DNA of 64,000 nt from Kudoa neothunni. Lineage: Eukaryota; Animalia; Cnidaria. A program made the translations under genes and the position numbers. Below the pieces are notes generated by a model. The model saw nothing but the letters and a program-made list of their open reading frames with translations, did not search any database and had not been told where the DNA came from. The DNA lies in NCBI GenBank assembly GCA_964304625.1, contig OZ199840.1:4887200-4951199 (forward strand). Reading direction: 5' to 3'. Below, piece by piece: positions 13,401-28,259 of the stretch (the first letter of the stretch is position 1; each line of letters starts with the position of its first letter).

Positions 13401-13493
13401 GTGATAAAACTAGTAACAAAAATCAATTTATGCATAAACTTGATGTAATAAATATATACTAAAAGAGTAAAACAATGATCGAATCTTCAGCAT
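10485..13493 (-). CDS. FN3-like module type I membrane protein, copy 2 (divergent paralogue)
   Basis: Same intron positions and phases as the other copies. Textbook FN3 motif ITIIDLEPNTSYDIKVVA. Micro-exons of 19 and 18 nt, then TM IIVVAVIGVMIAGAIGFVVF-KKKN-TAG (10485). The 5' end is uncertain: candidate ATG 13493 with an 84-nt first intron (13376-13459). Confidence 0.8.
13289..13445. repeat. Near-perfect 157-bp inverted repeat (hairpin)
   Basis: Arms 13289-13365 and 13369-13445 are complementary except for two single-base bulges. 3-nt loop GCT. Confidence 0.95.
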
Positions 13494-14306
13494 AATTAGT
13501 GGTATTACAGTTAGCAATGGTTTCGTTCGGATACATGAATGCCATAATATGATCAAAACTTTTCGGATGGACGTAAAATTGGATTAAAAAAGTTTTAATC
13601 GTTAATTACATGATATTTATTTAAATATGAATTGATTAATAGTGAGATTAAATATTAACGAAAAATTATATTATTCATATATTCGTTAGGTAAAAAATCT
13701 GTTATGCTGAAAAGTAATTAATCGGCAAAGTAATAAAATTTAATCAAAAATTTCCCCTCCATATCAGAATCAATGGTAACCCGTTTCGTTTGCGTCAAAC
13801 AGTTTCGCTCTAAAGCGAGAAATCACCTGATATTCTGTAGCACGGCTATTCTAGTTTTGAAAATTTTTCAGGGTTACATGTCAACAATGCTGATGTCAAA
13901 ATCCTCAAATACTATAATCGCCAATTATAAATCATTAAATTTAAGAATTAAAACATGTTTTTTACAAATTAACAATATTTAAATGTTGTTTAAATACAAA
14001 ACCAATAAATCACAATGCGATTGTAACTTAGAATTATTATGATTAAAAAAAGAATAATATGAGATTTATCATAATCGTATTTGGATTTATAGGTGTATGT
14101 CATTAGAATTTATGTTACAAAATCAGAGGCAGTTAACTACATGTAGGGCTGGAAATTTTCGACGTTTATTTTTATGTAAATCGAAGGTATTTATCGATCG
14201 AAATAAAAATAATTCGAAATTCGACATTTATCCACTTCTATTTAAAGAAAGAAAAATGCTAAATGAAAAAAAACCAAACAGATTCGATAATCTTGAATTA
14301 AAATAA

Positions 14307-15966
14307 TTATAATGGACCATTGAAATTCAGCATCGCCAATATTGTAAGGCGATCATCACCTAAATTTATTCTTTCATTTACGAAAACGTATCGGAGTTTT
14401 GAGAAACTCCGTTCAACGTTGATTGATGGCATTGGCAGGGTCAATATATCTTGACAAAATATTAAAAGTATAGGTAAAACAATTGATCGCATTTTCCAAA
14501 AATTAGGATCGATTGATCTTGTTAAATCTTTCGCCTCATTGCATATCAAGTCGAATTCATTCTTAAGTTGTTGCCTGTCTTCAATCTGTAAAAAGTAACA
14601 AAGATCATCGACATTCTATCTTTCAATTAAAATAGAAACACTCATTTAGATTTTTAGATATTGAACATTTTAGTTCATTAATAATATCGTCGCATAAATG
14701 TTCACATTTAAGTAGAAGATTACTTCTACATTGAAATGAAATGAGATAGATAATGTCCTTGTGATTTTTTAGGAAATAGTTCTTGTTGGTTCCAAGTTAT
14801 TCTCTATCCAGTCACAAATTTTCGGAATACAATTCTCTTCGGTTTAAATTATTTTTGAAAAATTAAATAATGGAGTAAGTCCGTCGATTATAATATTTAA
14901 AGAAAAGTAAAATTTCATTAAATTTTTCTCCAAATTTATCTCCTTTTATATCTTTTAAAAAGTCGATAACTGTTGGGTAATACCCCTTTACTTGCTTTAT
15001 ACAATTAAAGAAACTATACCACTGTACATCTAATACTCTCGGAATTTCTTTGAAACTATCAAAATTATTATCTTTAAGGTGTATCAAAAAAGAATGTTTC
15101 GCTTTCCTATTTTTTTACAGTAAGGATGAAAATTTCATGCATAAATTTCTAACATCTTTAAAGTGAAGGTCAACAGCTTTTTGAACAGCTCGATGAATAA
15201 TATGTGAAAAACAAGAGATTCTGACTATATGAGGATGAGGATACATAACTTTCAACTCGATATAATATTTTTTCATATAAGATGCCGAGTCAGAAATAAT
15301 AGCGATTCAATTTTTCCAATCAAAATCATATCGTTTTAAAATTTCATACAAATGGCTAGCAACAATAACAGAATTACATTGTATAAGTCCCGAAGAATCT
15401 AACATAATAGTTTTGCGTCTATCTGAGGAACTATCACGGAAGTAGGCCAAAGTGTTAAAAATTGGGTCGGTTTTTAGCATCTTGGACTCGTCATTTATTA
15501 AACTAAAACGTAAATCAGGCAACATTTGTTTAATCGTGGTCACGGCTTCCTTTTATATCGTGGGAATATGCTTTTCAATTAAATATTTCCCTTCAAGTAG
15601 CGACCGTGACGCAGGACAATACGTAGAAATAAATTTCTTTAGATTGCTTTCTTTATTAATCGAAGAAAATGGAGGACCATCAATAGCAACTACTTTAACT
15701 ATATCTATTTCTATTTTATTTGAAATCGTCGCTTCTCGATAGAGCATATTAGTTAGAGGGTTTATTTTCGATAAATTCGATTTGATGAAACAATGTTTTT
15801 GAGAATTAACGTGCTCCTGTATTCTATTGTGTTTCTTGAGTATCATCAATTTGAAATATCTACATATTAGTACATCACTAGTGGCTTCTAAATCACTCCA
15901 TTCCATTAAATAATTGGTTATTCCACGTCGTTTCTTTCCCATTTTCACACGTGTCGAATGCGACAA
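14307..15966 (-). mobile_element. hAT transposase relic
   Basis: N-terminal Zn-finger-like LICRY..IQEHVNSQKH, catalytic-region LINDES, SCFSH, and C-terminal dimerisation motif ILTLPMPSINVERSFSKL. Many stops and frameshifts. TIRs not resolved. Confidence 0.8.
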
Positions 15967-16340
15967 AAACGGGCGCTAATCGAAAATCTTGAATCCTACT
16001 TTAATAGATTTGATTTAGTTAGGTCGATTTGAGGATGGAGCGTCGAAGTAAGGCTCAAAACAGCCTGGGAATACTTAATTGTGATAACGTAACATCAAAA
16101 ATTATTTTAATTTTAAACCCAACAATTATTGTTAAATCAACATAAGGCTGACTTTTAAGATAAACCTATATTGTAAATTTTGGCACGAATATTTAAAATC
16201 TAACAGAAAGAAATGTGTTTAAGTATTAGGAAAATTACAGTTCTAAGCATTTTCGGCATTAGGAGAAATTAGTTTTCGTGGCAATAGACAGCCCCAACAT
16301 CGGATTATACGCTAGCGTGTTAATAGCCACTGCCATTATA

Positions 16341-17861
16341 TAGGGTTTCCCGATCAATGTGAGAATTATTGCAATAAAACCGAGAACTTTTGCAATTAAT
16401 GCAAGAAAGTTTCGATTAAACTGGTCTTAGTATAAAATAATTTTTATTTCGTTTATTGTTTAACTAACATTAGCTTCCATCCTTAACCTCCTCGGTATAG
16501 ATTAAAAATGGTGGTTCCCCGATTATAACACGTGATAGTTCCTGATCAAGTCAAGATTTAATGTTTTTTGATTCATAAAGTAAATAACTATATTTAAATT
16601 ATAATGAGTTTATTTAAAAATATATTATTTATATTTATTTCGCCGTCAACTTTTGATACTAGGATGGAACTAAACTCAGAAAATATCCGAAATAAAAAAA
16701 TGATGTCTACTATTCCTGATGAAGATAGAGTTAAAATTATCAACAAGTCACTCGAAGGAAAATCTACGAAACAAATATCTGAAGATCATTCCATTAATTA
16801 TAAGTGTGTTTGGAGAACCATAAACAATTATAACAAGAATGGTTGCATACGTATCCAGAACCGTGGTGGCGATAAAAAGTCAAAGTTGTCTCATGATCAA
16901 AAACGTGAAATTTTATCATTGGTTGACTCTGATTGTTTATTGAGGTTAAATGACATGAAAAGAATGATTCAGGAAAAATTTAATATTTCTGTGAGCAAAA
17001 GAACACTTGACAGAATACTTCAAAATTTTCATTATACAATAAAATGTACTGTACCGATTCCTGAGCGTAGAAATTGTGTGTCTACAATCGAAACTAGATA
17101 TACCTACGCAAAGGATTTTAGAAAATTCGAGCTGGACATGGAGGATAACACATTTATCTTTATGGATGAAGTAAGGTTTCCTGTTGTTACGCGACCAAAA
17201 AGAGAACGGGCTGCTCGAGGTGCTTCTTCATATGTTTCTGTTTCGGCCGCAAGAAGCAGAAACATTTCAGTAGTGGCAGCAATGAATAAATATGGAATGA
17301 TATTTCATAAAATTCAGGATAAGGCGGTGAACGGTGAGGATTTTAAAAGTTGTCTAATTGAAATAAAGGAGGCATATACTTTAAAAAACATTAATGATCC
17401 TATCTTTATTTTGGACAATGCGCGTATTCACCATTATAAAGGACTTAAAGACACTATAGACTTGCTCGGACTCAAGTTATTCTTCTTGTCGCCATACTCC
17501 CCATTTCTGAATTCAATAGAAAATATATTTTCTGTTTGGAAAAATTTGGTAATAAGAGGAGAAGCCAAAAATGAAATGGAACTTAAGGAGTTAATCTCTG
17601 ACAAATTTGATGAAATTACCTCTTCCCATTGTGATAGCTTCTTCAGAAAATGCTAAGGTATCCCCAAAAGGCTGAAAATAGGGAAATAATAAATCAGTAA
17701 TATATTTTTATCCAAATATACTTAAATATATATTGGTTGTTATTATATTATTGAATAGTTTTTATGCGCAATTTAAGTCTAAGTTAATTAAAATGAGTCT
17801 CATTAATTGCAATAGTTCTCGGTTTGATTGCAACAATTCTCACTTTGATCGGGAAACCCTA
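16341..17861 (+). mobile_element. Tc1/IS630-family DNA transposon, nearly intact
   Basis: About 61-bp TIRs TAGGGTTTCCCGATCAA.GTGAGAATT... with 4 mismatches and a TA TSD. Confidence 0.95.
16604..17656 (+). CDS. DD34E transposase
   Basis: HTH-like N-terminus. Catalytic FMDE, ILDNARIHH, LSPYSPFLNSIE with 34 residues between the second D and E. Probable 1-nt loss in an A-run near 17650, since the alternative frame continues MLRYPQKAENREIINQ. Confidence 0.9.
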   Translation: MSLFKNILFIFISPSTFDTRMELNSENIRNKKMMSTIPDEDRVKIINKSLEGKSTKQISEDHSINYKCVWRTINNYNKNGCIRIQNRGGDKKSKLSHDQKREILSLVDSDCLLRLNDMKRMIQEKFNISVSKRTLDRILQNFHYTIKCTVPIPERRNCVSTIETRYTYAKDFRKFELDMEDNTFIFMDEVRFPVVTRPKRERAARGASSYVSVSAARSRNISVVAAMNKYGMIFHKIQDKAVNGEDFKSCLIEIKEAYTLKNINDPIFILDNARIHHYKGLKDTIDLLGLKLFFLSPYSPFLNSIENIFSVWKNLVIRGEAKNEMELKELISDKFDEITSSHCDSFFRKC

Positions 17862-18228
17862 TAATTCGTTGAGTTGAGCGAAGTTCTATTATTTTGTCAG
17901 ATTGTCTGACTGGATTCAGACTGCTGGATAAAATGTATATTTGCACTGTGTTGTAAACCACAGCCAAGAATTTGTGAGCAGGAGCGTTGTAAAGACGAAT
18001 TGTATTGAAACCACCCTTGGAGCTCGCAAATAAAAATTTTGATGTATTCGAATTAAGAGAACTCATTTGACGTCTAGCTACCCATTTAATGTATAATTAT
18101 AAAATTAGCTATTAAATCTTTGCAGAAACCATAAAAACAGCAAATCATATTCGTAAACTTTAATCTCTCTTATGCTGATTTATCTTGGTTTGTATACGAA
18201 AATTTTTCCTTATTAATTTGATCTAAAG

Positions 18229-21759
<3,531 letters not shown>

Positions 21760-22111
21760 ATCTTAAGTAATCTTTAGCCTTTGTTATGATCTAATGTGTA
21801 CGTTAATTTTGTAATATTTTCTCGAATTACAAACCAGATGTCACCCATTGCATAAAGAATTTGTTAGTTTATTCCATATTAATTTTAAAAAAATTTACAC
21901 CATTACAATTAGAAAGATATTCTAAAACGGATAATAAAATATTAATTTTAAATACAACTTATTAATTAATTGAAATACTAAAGTCACCTAAAGTAACTAT
22001 CAAACTCTTCTAAATTAAGAATAATTATAAAAAAAGATGAAGAACTTTTAAAAAATTAGAAAGAAAAATTTCTAAATCATAAATAAAAATCGTCAATTAA
22101 ATATTAGTTGG

Positions 22112-25030
22112 TTAATTCTTCTTCTTTATGGAAACGACTATAACCGCTGCAAGAACAACCACACCTGCAGCTGCAGCAGCTATTATTATTCTATATAATT
22201 AATTACGTTAATATGTAACAACAATATGTATTTTTACATGGTATTTTTGGATCTAAAATAAAAATATAAATAAACTGGTTAAAGGAGAATTAGATTACGT
22301 AGATTTCATTGTGTCAAACGTTTCTCCTAAAATGAAATTAATATTTCAATGACGATTCATATTCACCTTTTTTGATTTCACTATTTCCTTTAATTGACTG
22401 GTCATTGCTTACGTAAACCGTTAGATGATAATCGTTTGTGTCTTCAACGTCATAAATTTCAAATTCGTTACATTTTGGTAGACTTGCACAACCTCCATCG
22501 TTTTCCCCATTGCATGATTTAATTAAAACTTTATCAGGATTAGTTGAATCTCTTAATTCCCAACCACAAGTGCCTTCGGCTACTCCCTGGGGCAGTAACG
22601 TGGTGATCTTTAATTTGTTTCCATCACGCTTAATGTTTACTATAATTTGTTTGTTTATATCCTGGTTTGTTGGTAGGGGATCTAATTTTATTCATTTATA
22701 TTATTTATAATTGTAATATTATGAAATTTTTGAAAAAAATTTTACTTTCTGGGATTTCAAGGTTAGCTTCCACTCTTCCATCAACTGTAGTTACTACTAC
22801 ACGATACTTTTTTAATCGATCATAACTATTAGTGAATAAGATTTCGGAACATAACGGAATCTCAGTGCATGTAGGGGGAGATTGTGAACTAGCTTTATTT
22901 GTTGGAGGAGTAGTTTGATCAGCAGCCGACCTAGCTACCATGATTTTATCATATTTCGATTTAACAGTGGATCCTTTAGCTGGCTCTGTAGAAATAGATG
23001 CTTGTGGACATTGGTAAATCAACTTATATTTATCTCCATTTTTAATTTCGACATTATAATGGCATTTAGCTGTATCATCTGGGGTAGATAATGTGCCTAT
23101 TATTTTGAAACCTTTATCAACAAATTGCTTATCAAGTGTGAGAGTCGATTTCACTAAAAATTCATCATTTATTTTTTTATCTAATTATATACCTGTTGTG
23201 ATCTGATGTATTTTGGTGCCATAGTCTTTATGAGCAACAACTTTAAGGTCATATTCTGTTCCTGGTTTTAATCCAACAATTGTATGTGTCTCCCTGCAAT
23301 AGCCTCGACAAGGATAGCTATCGACGCACATTGCACAAACGTACACATCCTTTCCTCTGGGACTAACATAATAAGCACATGTAACGTCATCACTTGTTAG
23401 ACCTTGTTCTCCAACTATGGCTTTGATTGAAGCAGTTCTCTCTCCTAATGTTGGTGTTACTTCAGGAAATGTTTTTGCGTTGTCTTTTTCTACATAATTA
23501 TCAATAAAAGTTATTAATTATTTCTAATTTTTACCCGTTCGAAAGAATATATGCTCTTTAAATCCGGTTGGTACGTTACTTGATACTGTGGGTGTAATTG
23601 TAAGTATATATGGTTTACCGCTTGAAAGCCCAGTTATTGTTAAAGTTGTGCTGCAGTCTTTTGGACAAGCAGTATTAGAAGTCGCACAATTAGCTTCTGC
23701 CCCATCAGTTGGTGGTGGTTTGTCTGCTGCATAATATTTCACTGTACAAGTTGAAAATTTAGTGACTTCATTTGGGTTAAATAGTGGAACATTCAAAGTA
23801 ACGCCGTTTTTTTTTATGTTTGATAATAATGCATCTTCAGAAACAGATGATTCAGTCACGACTACGAGAACTTATTTTAAAGTAAAAATACTCAAATTAC
23901 CAAACTTTTTCTGTTCGTATCCGGGATATTTAATGGTATGTAATTGTAATGGAAAGTGTCTGGATTTGATCAATATATCGACTACAGTTTTTGAAGCAGT
24001 AGAAGTTAGTACAACATCATTACAAGGAGCATAACATTCTTTATTTGTTCCACCACAATTCGAAGTGTACACATTGGACGTAGTAGCGCTAGATGCCGGC
24101 TCATGATATTTAATACTGAATCGACATATTTCGAAGGGAAATTTGTTTGTGAATTTTATCATATATTCACTTTTACCATTATTATTATATTTAACATAAT
24201 ATTGTGGTTTATAAACATCCATTTTCATCAAAGTATATGTGTTTTGCAATTTATAAAAGAAACTTGGATAGCCACCACACCTCATTTCATAATGAGGTAT
24301 CATCAAATCAAATTCAACCATGTCATTACTGCTGCTTGCAGTAGTACAACTACTCCCCACAGGTCCTGCTGCGTATTGTACTCCTTTGTAATATATGGGA
24401 CATGCAACTGGTTTGCATGTGACAGTGCTTAATTTTAGTTTCTTATCTTCTGTGATTGTTATTGTAACTTGTGGATTAACCAATAATGCTAATGACGAGT
24501 TAAAAAACATAAAATATCATTAGTTTACCTATTTCAAGTCCAAACACTGTTCCACCATTAGTTTTTTGGATTGTAGTTGCCCCAGCTACCCCAGTAAAAA
24601 CCACCACATACTTTGTCCTTGGTGAAAATTTATCAAAGGTCCATTTATTATCGTTTCCTTCACATGTTCTACAACAATTCGCTGCGCATTGACTGTCGGG
24701 TTGAGAGCAGGTATCTATGCCTTCATAACTTCTAAGGTTCTCATCAGATTTTTCAATGTAACATTTGATGGAATTGCCAAATTCACTACCAGTCAGTTTT
24801 AATTGAATTTTTGGCCCGTCATTCTCTTTTAGAATAATATAGCTGAGTGCCTTTGGTGGAGCTTCTGCTGGAGCCGGAACCGTAGCTCTTCCTCCAGAAG
24901 AATGTTGAACATCTGCATCTTCCGCATCGAGTGAAACAAGCATAGCTATATTTTGTTTAAAAATAGAATTTAATTTTTAATTACAAGAAATGAACAACAA
25001 AATTCCAAAAAAGTGTACTAATAATTTCAT
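22112..25030 (-). CDS. FN3-like module type I membrane protein, copy 3
   Basis: ATG 25030 (MKLLVHFFGILLFIS), 10 exons colinear with copy 4, open frame in the exons checked, ends IKKKN-TAA at 22112. Confidence 0.88.
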
Positions 25031-25349
25031 TTTATCTTATATGTAATATTCATACGAAAATTATCGTTGCGTTTATCAAACTAAATATATCAATTGGGTA
25101 TTAATGAATAATACGAATAAGATTAAAATTCGAAAAACAAACATATATAGATTATTAAAAATAAATCATAAATTTATATTTTAACATTGCCCTTAATATT
25201 ATATTTTGGAATATAGAATTAATAATCTTTTTATGTTCCATATTTGTGTATAATCTTAACTTTGCCTGATAGTGGGAGATGGAGCATTTATTGTTTAAGG
25301 TGTTTTTATATAGGAAAGTATCATTCGAAAATATATCTAAATAGTAATA

Positions 25350-25929
25350 CTGTCGGCAACTGATTTTACGCACTTTTTAAAAAAACAACTTAGTGGTTCT
25401 CATATTAAATGTGTATATTCTAAGGTTTATTCTAATTAATATTCCCCATTTTACAGATATAAAATCTTCATTTAATATTAAATAATGCCAAGGTACGGAA
25501 AATTCGTAGTGACAAATTTTACGTACATGTTTATTCCGATTTCTATACCACTTGCAGATTTTACGCAATCACTAACAATGATCACTGACAGCAGAGGCGT
25601 TGAACATTAAAAGAAAAATATGAAATATTGAAGTTCTCTGAAATTCTTTCTCCTAAAATTAAAAAATTGCTATTCGTCAATTCGAGAGTTCCATGTTGTA
25701 TTCTTTTTATGAAATAAAATAAAGGATGAAATTGACGAAATGTTACTCGAGTAGAAAATAAATTAGAAATTCATTATTATTGTGTATATATAAATATAAA
25801 TTAATAAAGTTTACTTAATTTGTTTACGTGATTTTTAAAGTCAGTGATGTAGTTTTAACAAATAAAAATCTGTTTTTTCCTTTTTTTTGCACACGCGTCT
25901 ATATAGTACGTAAAATCGGTTACTCGTTG
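25350..25929. mobile_element. MITE with TA flanks
   Basis: Imperfect TIR CTGTCGGCAACTGATTTTACGCACT versus CAACGAGTAACCGATTTTACGTACT, TA on both sides, internal ATTTTACG repeats. Confidence 0.55.
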
Positions 25930-26600
25930 TATATAAAATTTTAACTGTTATATCTCCATTTTCCTTGGTGCATTTTCAAGTTTATTAATATTTTTTAGAA
26001 TATAACCAATTACCAGCGTTGCCAACCCTAATTGCACAAATAAGAATTTTTTGTAAAAAAGGAACTAATATTTAATTATATGTGTAAATATCACGTTAAT
26101 TTATAATTAACTCATAAACTTCGAATTTATGACATCATTTGGTCGATCTGTAGAAAAAGTTTCTCATTTGAACAAGGTTATCTGATGTAGAATACAATGT
26201 TCTATTTCTTTGGATGTTTTCGATAATTCCAGAAAAGAAAACGCTCTTTTCGGAGAAGCGTTAATCAGAGCTAAAAGAGGTAAAGATGTGCCGTATTTTT
26301 CGATAAACAATGGCCAAAAAGGCGATTGTTAATAATTTAATCAAAAAAAATTTGTTCGTGAGCCTTTTCAATTCCTTTAATTTCAAAAAATTGTATTACA
26401 GTCTTTCGTTCTATTTTTGAATAATACGTAACAACTATACCTAGATGAGGTTTTATTTTATGTGCGACCATTCATTCATTAAAATTAAGAAAAATTAGTC
26501 AAGTAGATAATATTTAGATTTTAATTTGTTTAGGTAATACCTAAAATTGGAATTTTTTGGAAACTGATAGCAAACACTTATAATGATAACTTAGTAGAAA

Positions 26601-28005
26601 ATGCCCATTCATTCGTGCAAATTTCGTTTTTTCGTGTTCGCGTCCTCTTTTAGTTACATTATGTCAAACTGGAGTGTGGAAAGTGTTGAAGAAACTTTGA
26701 AAGCTGGTAGACTTTTCTCTTGGAAGAATCTACAACGTCTTCTAAACATTGGGACAATTTCTGTTCCATCATTACTAAACACGGGGATGAAACATCCTAA
26801 ATTGATTCCATTGTTTGCACAAAGTGCAACAAAGCATTCCCTCACAAGTCGTCTTTCGAGAATAGGAAACTTCTTACTCGTAGTAAGTTACATACACAAA
26901 CAAATGGATATAAAAATTAGTGAATTATTTGTTTCACCTCCGTCTACTGTTAATTTAAACGTATCAGATCAGGTAATGATTGACATTAAAATTGCTAATT
27001 TTGTAGGTGAAACAATCTCCCCGTTTACAATAAAAAAAAGTTCATCGTTTACAGAGATGGTAAACTTTACATTTAACTTAGGCAACAAATTCAATGAAAC
27101 TAGTGCTAGGCTTAAGATTTTATCCAAAAAATGCGTTAAAAAAATAATTATAAATGAGTATGAGCGCATGTATTTAAAAATGGAAAAATTAATGAAAACA
27201 ATAAATCACAATAGTATGTGCCTAATCGTTGATATTTGGACTGATAATGCCAAAATTAACTCATTCATTGATATATCAGTGTTGTTTGTTAAAAATTTCA
27301 CCCTTCAACATTTCAAATATGACATGATCTATTTTCCTATAAAACACTGCAGAAAATATAAATAGAATCTGCAAGGAATTTTGTACTAAATTTTCACTTG
27401 GAAAATCTGATTTAATAATTGTTTGTGACTCCGCAGCAAACAATCTATCAGGTCTAAAAGAATTCAACACAACGAGATGTGCTGCTCACCGCCTTTATAC
27501 TGTTATATCTCAAGGTATAGCCGTGGGCAGATAGCACATCGGTGTGACACTCGGACTCAGAACCTTGAGGTAATAGGTTCTAATCAGCCAATGGTCAGAC
27601 CACTGCATCCATGTCGGTGGGTGTCTATCCCATATTTGGGAGCTATGGTTAAAGTGTACGCTCGCTGTGGAGTGGGATGCACTGTCAGCCAGATTTGCAT
27701 GAATAGGAGTTTGAATCTCCGGAACCCATCGAAAGGCAAATAATTTGTGGTCCTCACACAGCGAACGTCCTTAAAGGGATAGGGTCTGAGGTGGTGGTCG
27801 CCCTGAGACGAGGATGTTTAATGGGTTAAAACCCCACACTACCACATAAAGATAAGCGACGGGATTTCATGTTACGTCCTGCGGTGCCTAAAGCGTTAAT
27901 GGAAGAGGTCTGACCAGCCAGAATTCCACAACCTAATAAGTTGCGCCAGGGTTTTTGCCTTGTAAACAAAAAAAACATTAACAAACAGCAAAAACTTAAA
28001 CAGTC
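26601..28005 (+). mobile_element. hAT (Hermes-like) transposase fragment
   Basis: LIVDIWTD, IVCDSAANN and RCAAHRLYTVISQ motifs. The frame resumes as ALTNSKNLNS after the SINE. Confidence 0.7.
27515..27975 (+). mobile_element. tRNA-derived SINE-like element
   Basis: GC-richer island with Pol III A-box-like TAGCACATCGG and B-box-like GGTTCTAATC at tRNA spacing, and an A-rich tail. It splits a codon of the hAT frame. No clear TSD. Confidence 0.7.
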
Positions 28006-28259
28006 GCATCATCCACTACTGGGAAAAGTTGAGATTTCACACCATTATGGAATATGAAGAGATTGTTAATTCCATATTTCTAAGTAAAATATTTGTAAGA
28101 ATTTCTAAAAATAGAAATTTTAGATTTATTTTTAATAATCCATATTTGTTTTGCTTGCAAATTTTAATCCTATTCATAAAATTCTTTAATGTCCAATTGA
28201 AATATTCAGTTTGATAAATATTACGATAATTTTCGTATATAAATTACACATAAAATAAA

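Noticed and set aside
27520-27600. Functional tRNA gene
   Set aside because: A and B boxes are present but no convincing acceptor stem. It continues into a 380-nt body and A tail, so it fits a SINE head better.
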